Source: Poseidonia sp.
GTDB lineage: Archaea; Thermoplasmatota; Poseidoniia; Poseidoniales; Poseidoniaceae
Direction of reading: 5' to 3'
DNA: 64,000 bases
Assembly (NCBI GenBank): GCA_049627345.1
Contig: JBMZXF010000004.1
Coordinates: 17,957-81,956, forward strand
Part shown: positions 59,628 to 64,000 of the stretch, in pieces
Layout of the letters: every line of letters begins with the position of its first letter
Position numbering within the stretch: position 1 is the first letter of the stretch
The notes under the pieces: generated by a model
The model's database searches: none
Told to the model about the DNA's origin: nothing
What the model saw: only the letters and a program-made list of their open reading frames with translations
Program-made: the position numbers and the translations under genes

Positions 59628-60515
59628 TCACCCACGAGCGATGAGCCAGTCTCGAATCCAAGATTCTCCGATGCCGTCGTAGTCCACGTTGGACGGTTGA
59701 AGGGGTCGCACGATCACCAAGATGTCCAACTGACCGCCCCACGACGCCTTTGCCACCATCGAGACCTCACCGACCTTCGTTCCTTGTGGGTCGGAGCCAA
59801 ACGCCGTGGTGTTGATGTCGTAGGCCCTGTGCACCACCGTTTCAACATCGCCAGCGTCCCAACTGCCAAGGATGATGTCAACGGTGGACGGCGCTGGCAC
59901 GGGTTGCAGCGTGATCTCCTCGGGGTTGAGGCGCACGAAGGGAACCTCCTCGTCGATCAGCTCAATCGCTTGGTGCAACCGACCGGTTTCCATGTTCATG
60001 AGGGACGCCAGGGTGAGCGCCACCGTTTCGGCACCCATCACACCGGGTTGATGCGGAAGGCGCATGCTCAGGGACTGCAGCACCACAACATCCGAGGTAA
60101 CCCACGTGTACTGCTGACCGGCAGGGTAGAGTGGCGCATGTGGATTTTCGGTGAACAGCGGTTGGCCCCAATCCTCCGGAGAAACGGGCTGCGAAACAGG
60201 GAGAAAACCGGTGGCCCCCATGCACAGCATCGCCACGCACAGAGCCAACAATCGAGGCGTTCGCTGGACCGACCATTCCTGACGACCGGCCGGACTGAGG
60301 AGGGTGAGTGTCAACAACAACGGGACCGCCAGCAGCGCGCCCGCAGGCACAAACCAGATGAGGACGGCGAAGGCCAGCGCCATACGAACACCGCCCACGC
60401 CGATGGCATCGGTCCAGTGGCCCTCTTCCCCGCTGCTGATTCGCCGGTGATGAAGGTACAGCGCAAGCCCACCTCCGACCAGCGGAGCCAAGGACTGGAT
60501 GACACCTTGCCACAT
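59628..60515 (-). CDS. Membrane hypothetical protein
   Basis: About 4 N-terminal TM helices followed by a soluble domain; start placed at MWQGV (ORF open to 60665). Confidence 0.6.
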   Translation of the reverse strand: MWQGVIQSLAPLVGGGLALYLHHRRISSGEEGHWTDAIGVGGVRMALAFAVLIWFVPAGALLAVPLLLTLTLLSPAGRQEWSVQRTPRLLALCVAMLCMGATGFLPVSQPVSPEDWGQPLFTENPHAPLYPAGQQYTWVTSDVVVLQSLSMRLPHQPGVMGAETVALTLASLMNMETGRLHQAIELIDEEVPFVRLNPEEITLQPVPAPSTVDIILGSWDAGDVETVVHRAYDINTTAFGSDPQGTKVGEVSMVAKASWGGQLDILVIVRPLQPSNVDYDGIGESWIRDWLIARG

Positions 60516-60604
60516 CGTCAATACCGCCCTGAGACTTCCACAAGCCCGCCATAGAGGTTCGCCTCTCGCCAAGGTTGATGCAAGGGTTTCCCGTGGGTTT
60601 GGCC

Positions 60605-61627
60605 ATGGCGGAGGCGGTGCTTTCCTTCCGGTCGGTCCAACACCGCCATGCCGTGCCCGCCCCAAGGCTGACCAAACCGTGGGCCAAACGGGAGGGGCCC
60701 GGTGTGGTTGGCGTCTCGCTCGACCTTCACGAAGGCGCTGTGTTGGGCCTTATCGGACCCAACGGCGCAGGGAAAACGACGCTGCTGCGATTGATGGCGG
60801 GTGTCCTGCCGGTTCAATCGGGTGAGATCAAAAGCCGATTTGACGGGAAAACGTGGACCGATGCAGGGGACTTGCGAGCCTTTGTTGGTCACATGCCGGA
60901 ACAAGTTCGCTGGCAGGGACGGTCGACGGTCGTTGACGCCTTGACGCAACTCGGCGACATGCGTGGCACCTCGACGAAGACCATCGAACGCCTGCTCGCC
61001 CTCGTAGGCTTGCGCAGCCGGCGCGACGAACCGCTTGACAACCTGAGCCAAGGCATGCGCCAGCGTCTGTCCATCGCTGCCGCCCTGTTGGGTTCACCCA
61101 AGGTGTTGCTGCTCGATGAACCGTTCAACGGCCTTGACCCGGTCGCAGCACAAGCCTTTGCGGCGCTGGTTCGCACACTGGCATCGAAAGGGGTGAGCGT
61201 CGTCATCTCCTCGCACATGGTGGCACAACTTGAGGGATTGATCGACCGAATTGCGTTGCTCCACCGAGGGCAGCTGCTCGACGAAGGACCCCTTGGCGAG
61301 GTCGAACAAAGGTTGGGCTTGAGTGGAAGGTACGCCATCACGGGCACCGGTGAAGTGGACCCGAAGGTCCTGGTGGACGAGAAGGCCATCCTGACGTTTG
61401 AGCAGCGTGAACACGATTGGACCCTGACCGTGAACGGACCTTCGTCTGAGGCGTTGAAAGCAGCCGACGACAACGGTGTTGCCCTGACGTCGTGGGCACC
61501 CGTACGCCCGAATTTGGTTGAATGGTTGTGTGCGGCCACCGGGATGAGCGTGGATGACATCTCCTTGGAGGTCGCATCCTCAGCGCTGTTGCCCATGCAG
61601 TCGTTGGAGGTGAGCGAAGATGAGTGA
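60605..61627 (+). CDS. ABC transporter ATP-binding protein (ABC-2 exporter type)
   Basis: GPNGAGKTT, LSQGMRQR, LLLDEP and SSH. Confidence 0.93.
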   Translation: MAEAVLSFRSVQHRHAVPAPRLTKPWAKREGPGVVGVSLDLHEGAVLGLIGPNGAGKTTLLRLMAGVLPVQSGEIKSRFDGKTWTDAGDLRAFVGHMPEQVRWQGRSTVVDALTQLGDMRGTSTKTIERLLALVGLRSRRDEPLDNLSQGMRQRLSIAAALLGSPKVLLLDEPFNGLDPVAAQAFAALVRTLASKGVSVVISSHMVAQLEGLIDRIALLHRGQLLDEGPLGEVEQRLGLSGRYAITGTGEVDPKVLVDEKAILTFEQREHDWTLTVNGPSSEALKAADDNGVALTSWAPVRPNLVEWLCAATGMSVDDISLEVASSALLPMQSLEVSEDE

Positions 61628-62450
61628 CCTCCAGCGAGTCCTCAACGTTGCCTCGCGAATTCGAAGGGAACGGTTGGCCGGTATCCGCCTCAAGATCATG
61701 ATGCCCATCCTCTTGCTGTTCCTTCCGGGCATGGCTTGGGGCTTTTCCGACCCCAACATCGTCCTCCCAGGCGGTCATCGCCCGGACACCGCCATGGAAG
61801 TCCTCTTCTATGCTTCACTCGGCGTGGTCTTCGGCGCCACCATGTGCGCCGTTCTGATGGCCTTTGACGGGGTGAGCAAAGACCGAGCCAGCGGCATGCT
61901 CGAGGTACGCTTGGCTCAACCCATGCCACGACGCCACCAAGCCACGGCCCTGATTCTCGGCCACGCACAGAGCATCCTTCTCCCGGTCTACGCCTTGCTG
62001 GTGGTTGCTGTTGTGCTGGTTCGTATCCGAATAGGAGAATGGCCATCGGCGAGTGAACTGCTGGTCTACAGCGCTTCAACCGGCCTCATCGTGCTCTGGT
62101 ACACGCTGTTCGCCCTGCTCGCCTCGACCTCCGCAAGGGAACAAGGGACCGCCATTGCGTTTGGTATCGGGGTGTGGTTCTTTTTCACCTTCCTCTGGGC
62201 CCTGGTGACCACCATGGTGGCGTATGCGTCCGGCGTGGCGGTGGGCGAAGCCAACGACCCGGCATGGGTCGCGCTCGAGGGGTTGCTGGATTTGCTCTCG
62301 CCCAACGGCGTCTACCACCATCTGTTGGAAACTCAACTTCCAACGGTTGACCGTGGCGTCGCTCCGTGGCAGTCGTGGCTGGCCGCTCTGCTGTGGACGG
62401 TGGTGCCCTGGTGGGCCCTCCACCGTCGCATGGAACGGCTTGTTCCTTGA
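61620..62450 (+). CDS. ABC-2 type (NosY-like) permease
   Basis: About 6 TM helices with FDGVSKDRASGMLEVRLAQPMPR; overlaps the ATPase stop. Confidence 0.85.
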   Translation: MSDLQRVLNVASRIRRERLAGIRLKIMMPILLLFLPGMAWGFSDPNIVLPGGHRPDTAMEVLFYASLGVVFGATMCAVLMAFDGVSKDRASGMLEVRLAQPMPRRHQATALILGHAQSILLPVYALLVVAVVLVRIRIGEWPSASELLVYSASTGLIVLWYTLFALLASTSAREQGTAIAFGIGVWFFFTFLWALVTTMVAYASGVAVGEANDPAWVALEGLLDLLSPNGVYHHLLETQLPTVDRGVAPWQSWLAALLWTVVPWWALHRRMERLVP

Positions 62451-62495
62451 AGGAATCAACCAATGCTTCATGAAGGCGAAAGTCAAGCGGATGTT

Positions 62496-64000
62496 ATGGC
62501 ACGCCGATTGACCGCACCGATGCTCACCGTTCTCATCACCCTCGTGCTGATGGGGGTCTCGTCATCCCCCGTCCTGACCAGTTTCGCTGATTCTCCCGTG
62601 GTTTCGTCCACCGAAGGCCGTCAAGATACGCTCGACGTGGACTGCTCCGGATACTCGTTTGAAGACCTCTTTGAGTACGATTTCGCCTTGTTCGAACTCC
62701 ACGTGCTCGACGACTGGGCCACCGGCGACATGTACGCCAACGCCTGGGTCAACGGCTCAAACTCCGCCATCGTTCGCGACAACCTTGACGGGCTCTTTGA
62801 GGGGCTGCCGGGTGGCGACAACGACTGGATCAGCACCGACGAGCGAGACGCCGTTCGCAGCATCGGCCCCAAGTGCATCGCCGACATGGAGACCCGACTT
62901 GGCATGCGAGAAGGCATCCCTCACTCGGGTGGTGTTGACTGGAACGACTTCGAGTTTGTTGAGGACGGTATCGGCCTTGACGAGGTGAACCTCGTTCCTG
63001 AAGGTCACCCCGACGCTCGAACGTGCACCAACTTTGGTGCAGCGGCCGACTGCAAGGAAGTGCCCACCTCGACCACCGACGACATGGAGATCAGCCTCTC
63101 GGTGGCCGACGGTCAGGACCACAACGTGCGCTGGGACCAACTGCCCAACAGCGGCGTGTCCAACTTCACCCTGGCCATGAACATCAGCAACATGAGCAAC
63201 GCCGCTTTGGTCGTCACCTTCCCCGTGCTTCAGGGCCTTCGCATGTACGACTTCCGTGTGGTTGACAACCAACCCGCCAGCGGCCAAACCTGCGACCACA
63301 TCGGTGAGCCATCCTTCACCTACCTCCCCGACGGCGCCCTTCAAGTGACGCAACTCGTCAATTTCGACCGAACCCAGTGGGATTTGTTCTGTGATATGTT
63401 CATGGATTTCACCACCCAAGAACCGGCGATGAACGACATCCCTGCCTGGACGAGTGAGGCACCGGCCAACGGCACCATCGTGGCCACCTCCGGCACGGGC
63501 ACGTGGCTGTTCGCCTCGGCCGATGCTGGCAATGCATGGGCGAGCGACGAAAACGGATGGTCGCTGCAATGTTCCTTTGATGAAGCCGGCTGGAGCGTGT
63601 CCACCAACGTGCTCGGCGACTTCTTTGTCACGCAGCCTGCGGACTCAACGCAAGCCACCGCCACCTGCACGCCGGTGGACCCCTTGGGAGCCAGCGATGA
63701 AAACGACACGCGCAGTTGGACCTTCGGCACCCTCTACACGGCCACAGCCACCGTGGACGACGACGGGAAGAACGCTCGATTGACCATCACCTCCACCGGC
63801 CTGGTCAACGAATTCCTGTTCTCCGCCCGTGCAACCCAAAACGGCCAGATGGGCGCCGCCGGAGAAACGGCGACCGTAGCGACTGGTCCAACGGTGGCAG
63901 CGGTGTCGCTTCAAGCGATTCGCCCCGGAGCGTTTTCGTTTGCCGTGATGGCCGAGGCCTCCAACATGCTGGACCACGAAGCCAACCTGGACCTCGGCCT
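62496..64000 (+). CDS. Large secreted acidic hypothetical protein, 3' end truncated by the window
   Basis: Not in the ORF track. From ATG 62496: MARRLTAPMLTVLITLVLMGVSSSP...DVDCSGYSFEDLFEYDF..., with a signal peptide and a frame that appears open to the window end. Confidence 0.75.
   Translation, partial: MARRLTAPMLTVLITLVLMGVSSSPVLTSFADSPVVSSTEGRQDTLDVDCSGYSFEDLFEYDFALFELHVLDDWATGDMYANAWVNGSNSAIVRDNLDGLFEGLPGGDNDWISTDERDAVRSIGPKCIADMETRLGMREGIPHSGGVDWNDFEFVEDGIGLDEVNLVPEGHPDARTCTNFGAAADCKEVPTSTTDDMEISLSVADGQDHNVRWDQLPNSGVSNFTLAMNISNMSNAALVVTFPVLQGLRMYDFRVVDNQPASGQTCDHIGEPSFTYLPDGALQVTQLVNFDRTQWDLFCDMFMDFTTQEPAMNDIPAWTSEAPANGTIVATSGTGTWLFASADAGNAWASDENGWSLQCSFDEAGWSVSTNVLGDFFVTQPADSTQATATCTPVDPLGASDENDTRSWTFGTLYTATATVDDDGKNARLTITSTGLVNEFLFSARATQNGQMGAAGETATVATGPTVAAVSLQAIRPGAFSFAVMAEASNMLDHEANLDLG

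Overview
GC-rich archaeal chromosomal segment, most consistent with Marine Group II Euryarchaeota (Ca. Poseidoniales). This assignment is an inference. It rests on archaeal markers (Alba, Bud32, group II chaperonin, CDC48/VAT, PyrI, NcsA/TtuA, PRC-barrel, GAGGTGA Shine-Dalgarno sites, TATA boxes about 25-30 nt before start codons) mixed with bacterial-type enzymes (DnaK, ThrRS, MetH/MetF, HMG-CoA synthase, CobB, Sdh1-type SDH) and secreted peptidases and surface proteins. The window holds about 53 CDS and one tRNA-Gly(GCC). I found no integrase, transposase or CRISPR array. Strongest leads: (1) a cysteine-free Mrp/ApbC ATPase whose CPxC Fe-S motif is replaced by an Ig-like insert, coupled to a CPCxxC DUF971 gene; (2) a roadblock gene plus a 1063-aa DUF2226-like/roadblock/coiled-coil protein with no GTPase in the window; (3) a speB-speD-like-DHS-like operon lacking speE, suggesting homospermidine synthesis; (4) a 21-25 bp quasi-palindromic repeat array between metFH and hsp20-dnaK that also reads as a Met-rich in-frame MetF leader; (5) an AT-rich intergenic tract with ORB-like palindromes; (6) a eukaryote-like CTP synthase and a mycobacterial Sdh1-type SDH. 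All family calls come from motif recognition by eye; no database searches were run.
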